This document shows, one piece after another, positions 23,584 through 40,149 of a stretch of DNA of 64,000 nucleotides (within the stretch, counting starts at the first letter, position 1; every line of letters begins with the position of its first letter). The notes beneath the pieces are model-generated. The model was not told the origin of the DNA. It did no database searches and worked only from the letters and a program-made list of their open reading frames with translations. The stretch spans positions 4,402,001 to 4,466,000 of the forward strand of contig OZ231126.1 in the NCBI GenBank assembly GCA_965153355.1. The letters run 5' to 3'. The position numbers and the translations under genes are program-made. The DNA is from Flaccisagitta enflata (taxonomy: Eukaryota).

Positions 23584-25339
23584 TTAATGCAAAATTGGCT
23601 CGCAATTCAGAAATGTTACGGACGGACGGACAGATGGATGGACAGACCAACCGACTGACACAGCAAGGTGTAGAGTTGCATGTCCGCGACTAAAAATGTT
23701 ACGTACGGATGGACGGACCAACAGACCAACATGGCAAGGTGTAGAGTCGCGTGTCCGCGACTAAAAAGTTCACAAAATATTCAAGATAAAGAGACAGATT
23801 TGAAATTTCACACAAGACATTTCGAGTGCGTAAAATCCTTTTTTTTTCACCTCTCCTTAGTAAATAGTGCAAGAATCTTTGCTAAAGAATATCAAGTAAT
23901 GGACTAGGTAGAAAATATTATATACACGGGCCGTATACACGGCTACGCAAGTCGCGTGCGGGTGTGCAGGGGAAGTGATAAAAAAGGCTAACCAAGTAAT
24001 TGGGCAGGAGCAGTAATGCAAAAACTGCCCGTAAACGCCAAAAAAGATAAGGAGAATGGACTGGCGAACAGACTGACCGGCGGTTGGTTTATTAGTTGCG
24101 TGCAAACTGTTTTGACATTTCAAATTGCGTATTTGTTTGCACTGTAACTTAACTAGCAAAAATTCTTAACAATTTTTACGTTTTCTTGAAAATATCTTAG
24201 GCTAGAATTGACATTAAGGTCAGAAATTTGGCATGTAATTTGGGTTATGTCTGTGCTAAATTGGGAAAAAAGTATAGTATGTTAAAATGGGATAAATCCT
24301 TATTTCTGACAAATCAACTATGAGTGTCATTTTTCCACTGTAAATAACCAATCACCATAAAATTTTTTGTGCTTCTTCAGAGATTGCAATCAAACAAAAA
24401 TGACCCATTGTTAGGGGGTTAATGATGTCTTGATGTATTTTCCATAGTGGTTTTGAGTGTGAAATCAGTGTGACATGAAAAGTTAGCTGATTTTGTCCCA
24501 TTTTTTGCTACATAGCCTATCAAAATTTCAAGTGTGAAAAAAGGTAGTTTGGCACTGAATCCCAGGTAATGTCTCTTAACAGCTTTCATCATCAGCGAAA
24601 GAATTGGTAAAATAAAAAATGTGAATTTCAGCTTGGCTGGTTTATTACGGAAATGACCTAAAGTTACTACTGCTGTTCCTAGATGGGGTTATGGTTGGGT
24701 TTTGGGTCGGATAGGGTACGGGTACTTGAGTACAGCATAAGGACAAGGCGTGGAGTTAGGGTGAGGGACGTGGTTAGGGCAGGGTAAGGGATAAGGATTG
24801 GATAGGGGTGATCGGTAGGTTTAGCGTTAGGGCTAGGGTAAGGGGTGGGGACATTTGTAGTTTTTTTTTGCCTTTTAGTAAATGGCATTTAGTCATTAAA
24901 GTTACTATTTTTTTTTTAGATTCCGTGATTTTAGATGTTAGCTCTTTTTTTTTTTTTGTATGCGTGGTTTTACTAAAACAAGTGGCAGGGGTTACAATAT
25001 CGTTGCGGATGGGGGAGCAGGGGCATCCAACCCCCATGCCACACATAAAGTATCTAAAACGCTCATTTTTCCACTTTTCAACTTGATCATCACAGACTGA
25101 CGGACCAACAGACGGACCAATGGACCGATGGACGGACAAAGGCGTGTCCATAACCATAAATTTACTGACGGACAAACCGACGGACTGACGGATCCACCAA
25201 TCCACCGGATCCATAAATTAACTGACGGACAAAGGCGTGTCCATAACCATAAATTTACTGACGGACAAACCGACGGACTGACGGATCCACCGACCGGCAC
25301 AGCGATGTCTGTTCAAAAATACAAAAGATAAGAAAAAGA

Positions 25340-25470
25340 TAACAAGGCCAAGTAGGCCAATAAGGTGCGACGTGTGGATCGTCGAACGAATGCGTTACCA
25401 ACCGACCAACCGACCAACCAACCAACCAACGGACACAGCCAGTTATAGAGGTGCTTTGTCGCACCTAAAA
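25340..25470 (-). mobile_element. Short HINE-like element, family C; near-identical copy at 41672-41797(+)
   Basis: TTTTAGGTGCGACAAAGCACCTCTATAAC...GTCGCACCTTATTGGCCTACTTGGCCTTGTT with subterminal inverted repeat and 3' hairpin; related copies at 18998-19264 and 32210-32295. Confidence 0.75.
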
Positions 25471-25699
25471 ACTCAGATTGCTCATTTGTTAGAGATTCTC
25501 AAACACGATGAATGACAGAGTTATGAGTCTCTTGTCTCCCCAGATCTTTTTCCCCTGACAAAAGACTATGTATGCTGAATGTCTGCTCAGTGCTCCAAAG
25601 AACATGATATTCAATGCTTCTTTCTGTTAAATACTTAAATTGTCATTTAGCAAAGCCTGATTTTATTCTGATTTCACCAATGGCAATGCGCGCACAGAC

Positions 25700-25751
<52 letters not shown>

Positions 25752-25752
<1 letters not shown>

Positions 25753-26133
25753 AATGCCTTGCGGGACCCCATGGGCAGGGTCGGCCGGTTCCTCGGCACG
25801 GTAGGGCCGAATACCGGAAGTCGGGACCTCGGTATGGGCAGAGGCAGTACTAAGGCTCGGTAGAGGGCTCCGGTACTAGTTAATAGTAAAAAAAATCTAA
25901 CTAACTACTGTTAAAAAATTGATAACAATGAAAAAAGAGAAAAAATGGATAAACGATTTGAATTAGAAAAAAATGCAGAATATACTGCAACTACAGTCCC
26001 CATTTGTAGTTTGAATTTAGTTTAAGACTCGATGTTCTGATGTTTGGTTGTCGATGACCGGAAGTTAGGATAATACCAATCGCGATTCCTGATTATTCTT
26101 TGCCATTAACTGTCTTCGAATTTTTTCTTTGTT

Positions 26134-26198
<65 letters not shown>

Positions 26199-26863
26199 AA
26201 AAGTCTTATTCTAAAAGAAAAGTCTCATTCTAAAAGAAAAGTCATTCTAAAAGAAAAGTCTCATTCTAATTCTAAAAGAAAAAAGTCATTTTAAAAGAAA
26301 AGTCTCATTCTAATTCTTTTGTAATGATCTCGAGTTAATCATATGGGAGAATAATAAATCATTTTAAAATGTGTTTTTGAATTTTTTCAAAATAAACTAT
26401 TTTTTTTTGTATTTTTAGATTAAAATATATATGCAAATGAATTTAAAAGAAGTAAAAAGAAAGAATAGAAATAATGGATGCTAAAGAAGAACAATAATGA
26501 AAAAATGAAAATATGAAATGTGAAAAAGATTTAAATAAAAGTTGAAAAAAAAATATTTGAGAAAAATGAAAAATGAAAAATGAATACAAGAAAAAAAAAA
26601 TGATGGCACCAAAACAATCTTATAATAGAATTACTCATCAATGTAATCATTTTTTGTTCTATAATTCTAAAATGATCACGGAAAACCTACCATGAACGTA
26701 AAAAAGAATATGTAAGAGAACAATTTTTCAAAAACAGATGGAGGAGGAGGAAGAGGAGGAGGTGGAGGCAGAGGGCCGGGATATGCCTCAGGTCCCGGGA
26801 ATTCGGGACAAGGTGATGTCCCGGCATGTCGGGACCTCGGGACCCAAGTCCCGCCAGGCATTG
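25752..26863. mobile_element. hAT-like element inserted in a (CA)n tract
   Basis: TIR CAATGCCTTGCGGGAC / GTCCCGCCAGGCATTG with GC-rich subterminal regions; ACACACAC on both sides (TSD not separable from the microsatellite). Confidence 0.68.
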
Positions 26864-26980
26864 ACACACACAGACACACACACACACACACACACACACA
26901 CTATCACACACACACTATCACACAATAACACTAAGACACAATAACACTAACACACACTTACATTGACACATATTGACACT

Positions 26981-27155
<175 letters not shown>

Positions 27156-27181
27156 ACTAACACACACACATACACCTGTAG

Positions 27182-27274
27182 GAATTGAAATAAAAATACC
27201 ATTAATACTAAATTTTGATTTATCTTTTTCCATGGTCCTCTTCTGTCCCCTTGCTACAATATTGGAATTAACAG
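27182..27274 (+). CDS. Candidate symmetric phase-1 exon
   Basis: CCTGTAG| acceptor after (CA)n and consensus donor CAG|GTAAGT; 93 nt, open as GIEIKIPLILNFDLSFSMVLFCPLATILELT; phase-compatible with the 16901 exon, but no homology evidence. Confidence 0.3.
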
Positions 27275-28904
27275 GTAAGTGCTTCTCTAGATTCAACATC
27301 TAGATTCACCACTCATGACACATTTTAGGTTTTATTTACATAGAATGTTTACCTATTTCAAACATTTTTAATTAATCTTAAACAGAGTTCACAAAAAAAT
27401 CTCATTACTTCTCATGTTCCGTCCTCTCTCTTTTCTTATGCGAATTTGTCCTTTCATATGCTCTTTATCCAATGATATTCAAATTTTGTTCTCTGCAACA
27501 ATCTTTTGGCCTTTTGTTTCGTCGATTTTGTTCCATTTTGTTTCTGCGTTTCCTCAATTTTTTCTGTATTAGTAATTCATTAGTATTACTCGAAAATCGA
27601 TGTTACAGACCTTAACCGACCTCTCCATCTTTTCTTGACTAGAGGGCAGAACCATGTACAAGAAATTTTCAGGGGTGTATTAAGTTGAGCGACTTCTGAT
27701 TTCTTTCCTCCCTTGGTCCTTGATTTCCTTATCCGCCCAGTCGAAAAATCATTTGATTTTCTACCCCATAGAGTTTGAATATAGATTGATAATGATAGTG
27801 GTCAAAATCTAGTGTAAAATAGTATTGTAGTAATCAAATACTATATTTTGAAACTGCCAAAAGTGTAAAATATATTCTTGAATTTATTTTTTTTTCTTTC
27901 CCACACTTTGATTTTCTTCCCCATCTCCAAACTCCACCCGGGGGAGGGGGGATACTTAACTTTATACACGCCTGGAAATGTTTTCTTTGAAAAAAGGAAG
28001 CACAAAAGTTTTCTTTGAAAAAAGGAAGCACAAAAAAAAGCGTTAAGTGCACTAGTGAGAAGGCCAACGGATATCTCTATTGACCTTCGCGAGCATGGCT
28101 ATTTAATGTTAATTATCGTTGTATTGCATTGACACTTTAAGTGTAAGTGTAAGTGTAACACAGCAACAAAGCAAAGACAAATGACAGATAAATAATTCAT
28201 ATATAGAACTCCATAAGTCAGTCAACGAATCTGGAAAGCGGCAATTTTCCTCTTTTCTACAAACCATTCCCATGTCAACCGGCCCAGTAAGCCTTGTTAG
28301 TTGTGAGTTACAGTTAAGGAATTTTGATAGTGTTTCAAAAGACCATATTTTAGGTATGTATGTGTATGTAATGGAAGCTTACACTATATAAATGTCCTTA
28401 TTATTTCCAGATTTTTTTCAATTTCTGTTTCCTTTTGATTAATTGTATGAGTTTTATGTAGGATGAATTGTTGCACATGTCACACAGTAACACAGTCATA
28501 GACTCACGTCATCTGTAACCAAAAATCTTGCGGAAAAGTGATTTGAAATGCAACTCAAAGAAGCCGCTTTTAGTCTATAACAGGCTTTGTCCGTCGGTCG
28601 GGGCTGTTGGTCGGTCCATCCGTTGTTCCGTCCGTTGGTCTGTCATGCTTGAGTCGAAAACAAAAAAAAACGCGCATTTATGATGCTGCATTTGGTATTG
28701 GGAATGTGTGTGTTGGAGGGGGGTTGGGATTGGGGTGAGGCTCGGGGTTGGATGTCCATGCCCACCCGTCCGCAACGATATTGAGACCCTGCGTTACTTT
28801 TTCATCTCATTGTTGAAAACATAGAATTTTACAAATCCATCTGTTCCATTACCATTACCAAAATCGTGGTGTATGCAGCTCAAGATATGACGACAACGCC
28901 GATT

Positions 28905-31900
28905 GGGGGTGGGGGGTTAGCTCAGTGGTAGCACGCGGGCTCGTGATCCTCTGGGTCACGGGTTCGGTTCCCGGAGTGGGCAAGTCTTTTCGGCGGAGGT
29001 TGAAGGACTTGCTCATCGGTTGGGATTAAGTGATAGGTAATAGCTAGCTAGTGGGGAGGGTAGGCCATAGGACATCATGATGTGGAATCTGACACCAAAA
29101 GACCCGGCGGCGCCGCCCATGTGTAGGACATCCCAGACAGGATGCAGTATCATGAAAGTATAAAAGTTGTTTCTCAAACTGACCATCGACATCCTCTAGG
29201 TTCAAAATGATTGCTGTTTTATGCTTTCTTTGAAAAATGTGCAACGGGTGCCCTTAAATAGATCTCTTGTTGCGGAGCCAAAAATTGCAAAAAAAACGCC
29301 GAAAATCACCAAAAAACACAAAAATTGATTATTTTCACCATGTCTTAATCTCAATTACCCCAGTCCTATGGCGGTTATGCTAGCAAGCACAGCTTCTCTA
29401 ACAGATGAACTTTTAAGAAAAACAAGAATTTCAGTTCTGTGCATCAAGTGCACTTGATTATATCACTATTGGTGCAGCTAAAAAATGGATAATGATGAAA
29501 ATTGGAAAAATGATTCATTCCTTCTTAACCATATCAATCATCCTATCCTCACTCACCCCATTTACTTGACCATTACGTGAGCTGCAGAGGCTTTACAATC
29601 TTAATGAACTTGTAGAGTCAACCTGAAATTAAAACAAGGCCAGATACACGGCAATCGAGTCGCGGACGGTTGGGCAGGAGCAGTAATGCAAAGACCGCCT
29701 GGAATTCAAAAATGTGACGGACTGAGGGACCTACCGACCTATCTACCAACACGGCAAGGTGTAGAGTTGCGTGTCCACGACTAATTATGCCATTTCTTGT
29801 TTGCTTTGTCCATGGGTGCAAGAGTTCTTGAGCACATGTCCAAAAAGTTGCTGACGCGTCATATTGATAGCGGTACCTGATGCCCCATTTATTCTAATTA
29901 TTATCTCAGGTTATCCAGAGTAATGGGGCAGTGGCCTTCTCGGACTTGAGGCATAAGGGAGCTGGCCTGAGGCTTGAGAGAATGGCTAGGAGGCACAGGA
30001 TGATAGGAGGGTTAATTCAAGGCTTGAAGAGTTGCAAAAGCGTCAAATGGTCAGCAGTACCTGTGCCCACGCCTGAGTAGGTTGTGCTTGAAGTTGAGGG
30101 GAGAGCAGGGCAGCAGCCCTGAAGGGGTCGATGACCTATGCTTTCACACATATGGAAAATTTTTACCTCCTCCTCCTCCTCCTCCTGGGATTGGGCCGCT
30201 TGGCTGGGATTTGGGCCACTTGGCTGGGATTTGGACTTCGAGGCTGAGATTTGGGCCTCAAGGCTGTGATCTGGGCCTAGAGGCTAGGATTTGGGCCTCA
30301 AGACTGGGATTTGGGCCTCGAGACTGGAATTTGGGCCTCGAGACTGGAATTTTGGCCTCGAGACTGGGATTTGAGGGGGGGGGGATGGAGAAGAAGAATT
30401 AGAAGGAAGAGAAGGAGGAGAAGGAGAAAATTAACCATACGAGTGAAACTATAGGTCTGCCCAAAAGGGCTTATATGAGGCATGGAATAGCATTTTTGAG
30501 ACTGGACATGCTCAATTCAAGGCATGGGAGGCCTTAAGTGAGGCTTTGGAGGGATAATTTGAGGCCTGGGATGGCTGAGTTGAAGCTTGAGAAGGTAAAC
30601 TTTAAGGCTCAGGCGGGTCAATTTAAGGCCCGTAAGAGCTATTTTTTACTTAGAACGGCTAGTTAGAGGCCTGGGAAGGTCAATTTGAGGCCTAGGAGTG
30701 ATAGTTTGAGGCTTGGGAGGGTCAATTTGAGGCCTAAGAAAGCTTATTTAAGGCCTGTAATGGCTGATTTGAGACCTGGGATAGTAATTTTGAGGCTTGG
30801 AAGGGTCAATGTTAGGTCTGAGAGGGCTTAAGAGGGCCAATTTCATGCCTGAACAGGTTTTTGGGCAGCGGCCCCAAAGGGACGATGTCCTGTAGGACAC
30901 AGGGGTGAACCATTACGTCTGTCTGACAATAAGTCCCCTCACAAAAAAACTTCTCAAGCCTCTAATTCCCATCCAATGACATGGGAAATTGAAAAAATGC
31001 AAACAGACTCATAGTCACGCTTCTCAGACCCTAAATCAGGCCTCTCAGACCACAAATCAGGTCTTTCAGACTCCAAATTAGGCCTCTCAGACCACAAAAT
31101 GGCCCTCTTTGACCTAAAATCAGGCCTCTCAGACCCCAAATCAGGTCTCTCTGACCCCAGATCAGGTCTCTATGACCCCAAATCAGGCCTCTCAGACTTG
31201 TAGTCAAGTCTCTCAGACCCAAATTCAAGCTTCTCAGACCTAACTTAGGCCTTCCAGACCCTTATTCAGGTCTCTCAGACTCAACTCAGACCTCCCAGAC
31301 CTTAATTTAGGCCTCCCAGACTTCAAACCTTTGAAACCCAAGATTAACACTAGCAAACCCTAGATTAACACTAGCAAACCCTAACTCGGAAATCAGCTGT
31401 GTGTGGAATCATAGGTTATCTGTCCCTCAGGTCTGCTACCCCCTCACCATCACATCCTCATATGAACCAACTCAGGGACATCAGGTACCGCTAACCATGT
31501 GACGTTTTTGGGACTATTAAGGTAATAAAGCTGCTGCAGCTCACACAATAGTCAAATGCATGGATTGAAGACAGGACAATTGATATAGTTAAGAAAAAAT
31601 AATATACGCTATTTTTTTCAATTTTTGCTATTTTTGAGTTTTTCGCGTTTTTTATTGCACTATTAGTGATATAATCAAGTGTACCTGAGGCACAGAACTA
31701 AAAATCTTGTTGTCCTTGCAAGTTTTTAAGTCAGAGGAACTGTATCAGTCAGGATAACTGCCGTAGGACTGGGGTAATTGAGATTAACATAAGGTGAAAA
31801 AAGCTAATTTTGGCGTTTTTTGTGATTTTCGCGTTTTTCGCCTCCTAAACAAGGGATCTACTAGAGGGCACCCGTTGCACATTTTTCAAAAAAATCACAA

Positions 31901-32101
31901 AACAACAATTATTTTAGTCCAAGAGGATGTCGATGGTCCCAAAAGAACACCACTTTTGATAGATTTTAGTAGTAGCCTTCAGAACCAGCCAGTCTGGGAT
32001 GTCCTACCATGTGGTGGGTCGATTGGCCTTCATTAGAAGCCTTCAAACCGCGCTAAATATTCACCCCAGTGATTCCCTGGGCTACAACAACAACAACAAC
32101 A
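28905..32101 (+). mobile_element. tRNA-derived SINE split by a DNA transposon (SINE parts 28905-29122 and 32008-32101)
   Basis: Pol III A box TAGCTCAGTGG and B box GGTTCGGTTCC, (CAA)n tail, flanking ACAACGCCGATT / ACAACGGCGATT direct repeat. Confidence 0.82.
29123..32007. mobile_element. Long-TIR non-autonomous DNA transposon with 5-bp TSD CATGT
   Basis: GTAGGACATCCCAGAC / GTCTGGGATGTCCTAC; imperfect arms of about 350 bp; several HINE-like insertions inside. Confidence 0.8.
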
Positions 32102-32532
32102 ACAACGGCGATTTGTTGAGCTGGTTTTACTGATTTGGAAAAAAGTCGAAGATTTCTAACTCTATGTTTCTTCGACTTTTTGAGATCCACAAAGAAAAGT
32201 GGTTTTCTATTTTTAAGTGCGTCCTCGCACTTCTATAAGAGGTCATGTCCGTCGGTTGGTCGGTCGGTCGGTCGGTTGGTAACGCAAACGTTTGAAAGAA
32301 GGTTAGTATGATAAATGTTGTAAGAAAGGTACGATGCCAACAAAATTGTAAGAACAATAGAAAAGTTTTTTTCTCTCAGTTTTGAAAACTACTCTGGAAC
32401 AATTACCACTTAGTTATAATAAATTTGGAAATAGGAGGGACCAACCAACCAAGAGAGGTAAGAGTGCTAACGGACAAAGCAGAGTGTAGAGCCTCGTAGC
32501 TCGTGACTAAAAAGAATTGGAAAAAAAGAAAG

Positions 32533-32771
32533 AAACAAGGCCGGATACACGGCTACCCTAGTCGCGTGCGGGTGGGCAGGAGCAGTGCTGGAGAAGGTCA
32601 CTAGGGCATCTGGGCAGGAGCTGTATGCTCAAAAAGCTCAAAAACGCCGAAAAGTAAAAAGGGGATCGACCGACCAACCGACTGACCAACCAACCAATAG
32701 TCAACTGACCGACCAACCAACCAACGGACCGACATAGCGGGGTGTGGAGTCGCGTAGCACGCGACTAAAAA
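32533..32771 (-). mobile_element. HINE-like element, family B (representative copy)
   Basis: TTTTAGTCGCGTGCTACGCGACTC head hairpin, (GGTC/GGTT)n tract, CACGCGACTAGGGTAGCCGTGTATCCGGCCTTGTT tail; more than 12 related copies, e.g. 19315, 19785, 23925, 28570, 29630, 43205, 44646, 44875-45757, 60145, 61088. Confidence 0.75.
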
Positions 32772-33339
32772 TTGCGATAAGAAAAAAAAAATCAAAAGCA
32801 AAAACTATAAAGAAAAAAACAAAGCTAAAACATGTCGGATAGAAAATTTTAGATGTGTCCCCTTTAAATGTAAGATATTAAGGTATAAAGATGTTAAGAT
32901 AAAATTATATTGAGATGTAAAAATATTACGATATCCTCCTCCCGCCGTGCCTCCAAGCCCCCTTCGCCTCCTCCCCACCTTCACGCCCCCTGCCCCCTGC
33001 CCCCTGCCCCCTGCTCCTACCTATCACACCCAACACTTCCTCTTACTAATGCATCATCTATATGTAAAGAGAAATGAAGAGACAAAGAGTCATGAAGAGA
33101 TGTGAGGAGACACAAGGAGACATGAGGAGACACTGGAAGACACGAAGAGGCATGAAGAGACATGAAGAAATATGTAGAGAAACAAATTATGACTTACAGA
33201 TGTAAAGAGATGAAGAAATGAATAAATGGAAAGAGGACTTTAGAAAATGTTTTTACTCACTTACTCACTCCATAACCCATCTCATTACTACCTTTCTATT
33301 TGATTGTCCCAAAGCTTATTTTGTTCAGAGCCGCTCTCT

Positions 33340-33880
33340 TTGAGTCATACTCACTTGAGCTATCATCACTCATTGGTCATTTTTACTCATCAGTCATTAT
33401 CACTCCTTGGTCATTATCACTAAATAGTCATCATCACTAGTTAGTCATTCTCACTCCTTGGTCATTTACCCTAATTGGTCATCATCACTCCTCAATCATT
33501 ATCATCACCCCTGAGTAGATATCACTCATGGGTCATTATCACTCATGGGTCATTATCACTCCTTGGTCATCATCACTCCTCCGTCAATTTAACTCCTTGG
33601 TCAATATCACTTCTCAATCAATATCATTCTTTGGTCAATATCACTCTTTGGTCATTATCACTCCTTGGTCATTATCACTCCTTGGTAATTATCCTTTATG
33701 GGTCCTTATCACTCCTTGGTCATCATCACTCCTTTGTCATCATCACTCCTGTGTTTTTTATCACTCCTGTGTTTTTTATCACTCCTGCAGCATTATCTAT
33801 CCCTGATCATTGCAGTCACTCCTGAGCCATTTTTACTCTGCAGTGAGGACCCAAAAGTCATTATCAGTCCTGCGTCATTA
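33340..33880. repeat. Degenerate minisatellite (GTCATTATCACTCCTTG-like)
   Basis: Recurrent motif, diverged copies. Confidence 0.8.
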
Positions 33881-34415
33881 TAAGAACTTTTGAACACCAT
33901 TTTCTTTCCCTCTTTCAAAACATTTCTTGGTATCCCAGAAGAATCGCAACTAACAGCACAGAAAAAGAATGAGCCTCAGGCTCTCAGTCCAATTCATTAA
34001 GTAAACTAAGTGCCACAAGGTGCGGGGGGGGGGGAAGGAAGGGGGCTGGGTGTGGTCTACAGCTGAAGAGGTTTGTGTTTCCTTGAGTAAGGCAGTTCAG
34101 AATATTGACCACGTAACTTTGAACAGCAGCCCATGGGTAGGTTATGGACATAGGTGGTCGGTGGTATCTTTACCCTGCTTAAAACTAGTCCAATGAGATT
34201 TGGACATTTTGCATCTTCTTACAAAAGCTGAATACCCTTTTTTTCAATTGAGATTGATGACTCTATATCACACATAAACACATGCTGTATATCACACATA
34301 CTCAACCATTATCATTCCTTTCTCATGCCATCCATCATTAGAAAGTAGAAAAAAAGTAAAGGAGACAGTTGGAAGAAAAGAAGCACAGAAAGTTAGAAAA
34401 TAAGTTTCAACATTA

Positions 34416-34484
<69 letters not shown>

Positions 34485-34750
34485 CCTCTGTCACGTCTCT
34501 TCTCTCATTTTTTTTATAAATGTTCTGCTCAATTACTTAAATGATGTTGTATGTATATGAAAAAGAATCAACTCAAACCTTAAGGTTGAACATTGGTACA
34601 GAGAGCAGCAGCATTGAGGAGGAGGAGTTCAAGAGGCGGAAAAAAAGCCGCGGCAGCAGCAACAGCAAAGAGAACGTTTATTAAGCAGCAGTGCAGCAGA
34701 TTTAGGAAGAGAAAGGGAAAAAAATTGAAAAAAAAATATTGTGAGAGAGA

Positions 34751-34835
<85 letters not shown>

Positions 34836-35830
34836 GGAGAACATAACCGACCGAGGCTGAAATCCCACATAGGAAAGAAGTGTCTAGTGACCGAATAGGA
34901 TAGCCTCCAATTGATAACAATTTAGTTTGCTTGCAAGTTATGTATGACAGCGTGTTTACGGAGGATTGTGCTAAGTTTGTACTCAAATATGCTGCATATC
35001 TTGTTTTTCATACTTGTTGTCTCTTAAATAGGTACAGATCGATGTTTTTTGTATAAGAATTTCATCAAAATTGGTCAACAAGTTCAGATTTTACATGGTT
35101 ATGAAAAAAAAATTACCTTTTTGCCATTTATCTTTTTTGATGTGAAATAGAGGAAGTGATTTGGCAAATTTATGAAATTACATCAAATAATTTTTTAGTC
35201 TAGACTATCAACATGCTCTCAGCTCAAACTGTTTGAAAAAGAAATTTAAAAATGCTCTCTCTCAAGATTCTTACTAAAAATTCTTTCATTGAGAAAAGAT
35301 TAGTATTTATTTCAAAAACATGCAAAATCTAAACTACATGACCAATTTTGATAAAATTTCAATACTTAAAATGATATCCAGGATACGTGGAAAAACACCT
35401 TAACAGAATCCAGCGTCTCAAGCTGATTTGAAGCTAATTTGAAGCCTAAGAGGGTTGATTTGATGCCTGAGAGGACTAATTTGAAGCCTGAATATTCTAT
35501 ATGAATCGTCAAAATTGCTATTCAAAGACACCATGTATATGGCTGCAAATTAAGGCAAAATATCTGAAAAAATTGCAATTCGCACTTCTATTGCTTGGAA
35601 TTTTACCTTTCAAACAATGATTTGCACTTAAGTAACTGGACCCTTTCTAGTCGATCTCTGGCTTCCTGGCCAATGATATACAGTTCCTCCTCGTTTCTTT
35701 TTCGTCTTTTTTTTAATTGTCTTTTTTTTTTTTTTTTAATACTTCGTTCTCCCCGTCCTCCTCCTCCTCATCCTCCTCCTCTTCGTCTTCCTCCAAGCAC
35801 ACGAGGACGAGAGCGGGGACCAAGTCAGTA

Positions 35831-36005
<175 letters not shown>

Positions 36006-36619
36006 GAAAGAGAGAGAGAGAAAAAGAGAGAAAGAGAGAGAAAGAGAGAGAAAGAAAAAGAGAGAAAGAAAGACAGAGGGGAAAGGGAATGTATGACTTT
36101 GAGGTTAAGTTAAAGCGAGTTTTTTTGGGACAAGACGAGAATGTTATCTAATGACTTACCCAGTTCATGAATTCAGGACACAGGAGACTTAATGATGAAT
36201 TACAACAACTACGGACTGACCAACTGACCAACCGACCATCCAACCTATCAACCAACCCACGGATTGACCAACTGACAGATTGAACCACCGACAGATCGAC
36301 CGACCGACAGATTGACCAATAAATGGAGTGACTCACAGACAGACTGACCAACCAACCAATTGACCAATGAACCAATTGACCAATGAACCAACCAACCAAT
36401 GAACCAACCAACCAACCCACTTTGTCCACGGAAATGAAAGTCACTCATAAGCAATTTCGAATTTTCCATTTCATGTTTATGGCATTGTCCGGATGGTTGG
36501 TCAATTTCGCCAATATTCTAAACTAAAGAATGAAGGTTTTAGCTCGCGAACACGCGACTCATTTATCCATTGTGTCAATCGGTTGATAGGTCTGTTGGTT
36601 GGTCTATCTTTTGGCAGTA

Positions 36620-36796
36620 CAGTTGAACCCCGATCTAACGGATTTCAGGGGACCAACAATTTTCTTCTGTTATTTGCGGAATTCTTTTATTACCACTAAA
36701 GAAAATAAAAGAAATTAATTAGAAGGGACCATGAATTTGCATCTGTTATAGGTGGAATTCCGTTAGTGGGGGGTCCATTAGAGCGGGGTTCAACTG
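36620..36796. mobile_element. 177-bp TA-flanked MITE
   Basis: CAGTTGAACCCCGATCTAACGGA / TCCATTAGAGCGGGGTTCAACTG with TA flanks. Confidence 0.82.
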
Positions 36797-37086
36797 TAGT
36801 ATATTTGCAGTTTTGGGCGCTTAGTGTATCACTGCTCCAACCAAAATGCTGGTTTCACCTTTTTGATACAGCCCCTGCCCCCCCCCCCTCCGCGCGCGTT
36901 TTAGCTGTTTAAGTCGTGGCGGAACACAGATTGCTCATTTATCTTAAAATCTATTAGGGCGGGGTTTAACTTTGTCAAGAAATCCATAATCTGTAAGAGC
37001 GGGGTATAACTGTAATTACTCTCTTTTTTGACCCGTACCCTTCAAAAATGTCTAAGAGTGCAGGCATACTCACAAAGTCTTTCTTA

Positions 37087-38675
<1,589 letters not shown>

Positions 38676-38767
38676 AACTCCTCATCGGCTCTTGCATCGT
38701 TTGGATTATGTTTTTTCCCCTGAATCTTTAAAACAGGAAAAAAAGGCTATCCTCTAAAAATGCTAAA

Positions 38768-38853
<86 letters not shown>

Positions 38854-38952
38854 CTTGGTTTGTCTGTCTTCCTGTCTGTTTCATCTCTCTCTTTCTCTCT
38901 CTCTTTCTCTCTCTCTTTCTCTTTCTCTTTTTCTTTCTCTTTCTCTTTCTCT

Positions 38953-39016
<64 letters not shown>

Positions 39017-39033
39017 TTTTGTCTGTCTGTCTG

Positions 39034-39151
<118 letters not shown>

Positions 39152-39292
39152 TTGGCATAAATAATACAGGACGCTGACGATCAAAGATGACTGATAAATT
39201 TTTTTCTTCATCAAAATCTTTTATTCAACTTTTATTCAAAATGAGAAAGACGAGATGTGTTTGTTGGGATATTAAAACAAAGGAGAGGGAGG

Positions 39293-39368
<76 letters not shown>

Positions 39369-39369
39369 G

Positions 39370-39466
<97 letters not shown>

Positions 39467-39875
39467 AAGAATTAGTTACTACAGATAATCTGTAGTACAG
39501 ATACCATTCAAAAGACGAGAAAGGCTTAAAATTTCAATGATATTAGGGACGGACCAACAGATCATCATACATAGTTGTGCATCCGCGACTAAAAACAGCG
39601 TTACTAGTACATAAGTTCTGAGAAAACAAAAGTCTCTCCGAACAACCCTTATATTTGCGGTATCAGTAGCAAACAGTATGAAATTGATAGCCAAGAAAGA
39701 GCTAACTCTCCTCTTTCAGATGACGCCAAGCAGAATTTTCTGTAATTGATAATTTTGATGCTATATTTTCTTAAATCTTTTTCTTTTTTTTTTGCATTTT
39801 TCTCTTTTTTCCCAAAAATCATTACTTTTCATTGAACATAATTTCGGGCTCTATGTAACATGAAAAAAGAGGCAA

Positions 39876-39930
<55 letters not shown>

Positions 39931-40149
39931 CCTTTCTTTTTTTTGGTCTCTCTTTTGTTTTCTTCCAGCATTCATGACTTTCTTCCTACGGCGATTAGCC
40001 GCCTTTATAGTGAAGTTGATTGGTAAACATCAAAAACTTTTAGTAGTGGGGGTGAAGGGCGGGGGCGGGGGAGGGGAAATAAAAGGTCATGGAACAAAGT
40101 TCACCCCTTACTGGAGAAAACACGCTTAGCATTTCAGTTGATTTCAACT

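Noticed and set aside
27609-27688. Possible terminal exon DLNRPLHLFLTRGQNHVQEIFRGVLS*
   Set aside because: Phase-compatible with the 27182 candidate but short, with a weak acceptor; could easily be chance.
28911-28985. tRNA gene
   Set aside because: A and B boxes are present but there is no convincing acceptor stem; it continues into a body, CAA tail and TSD, so it is a SINE head.
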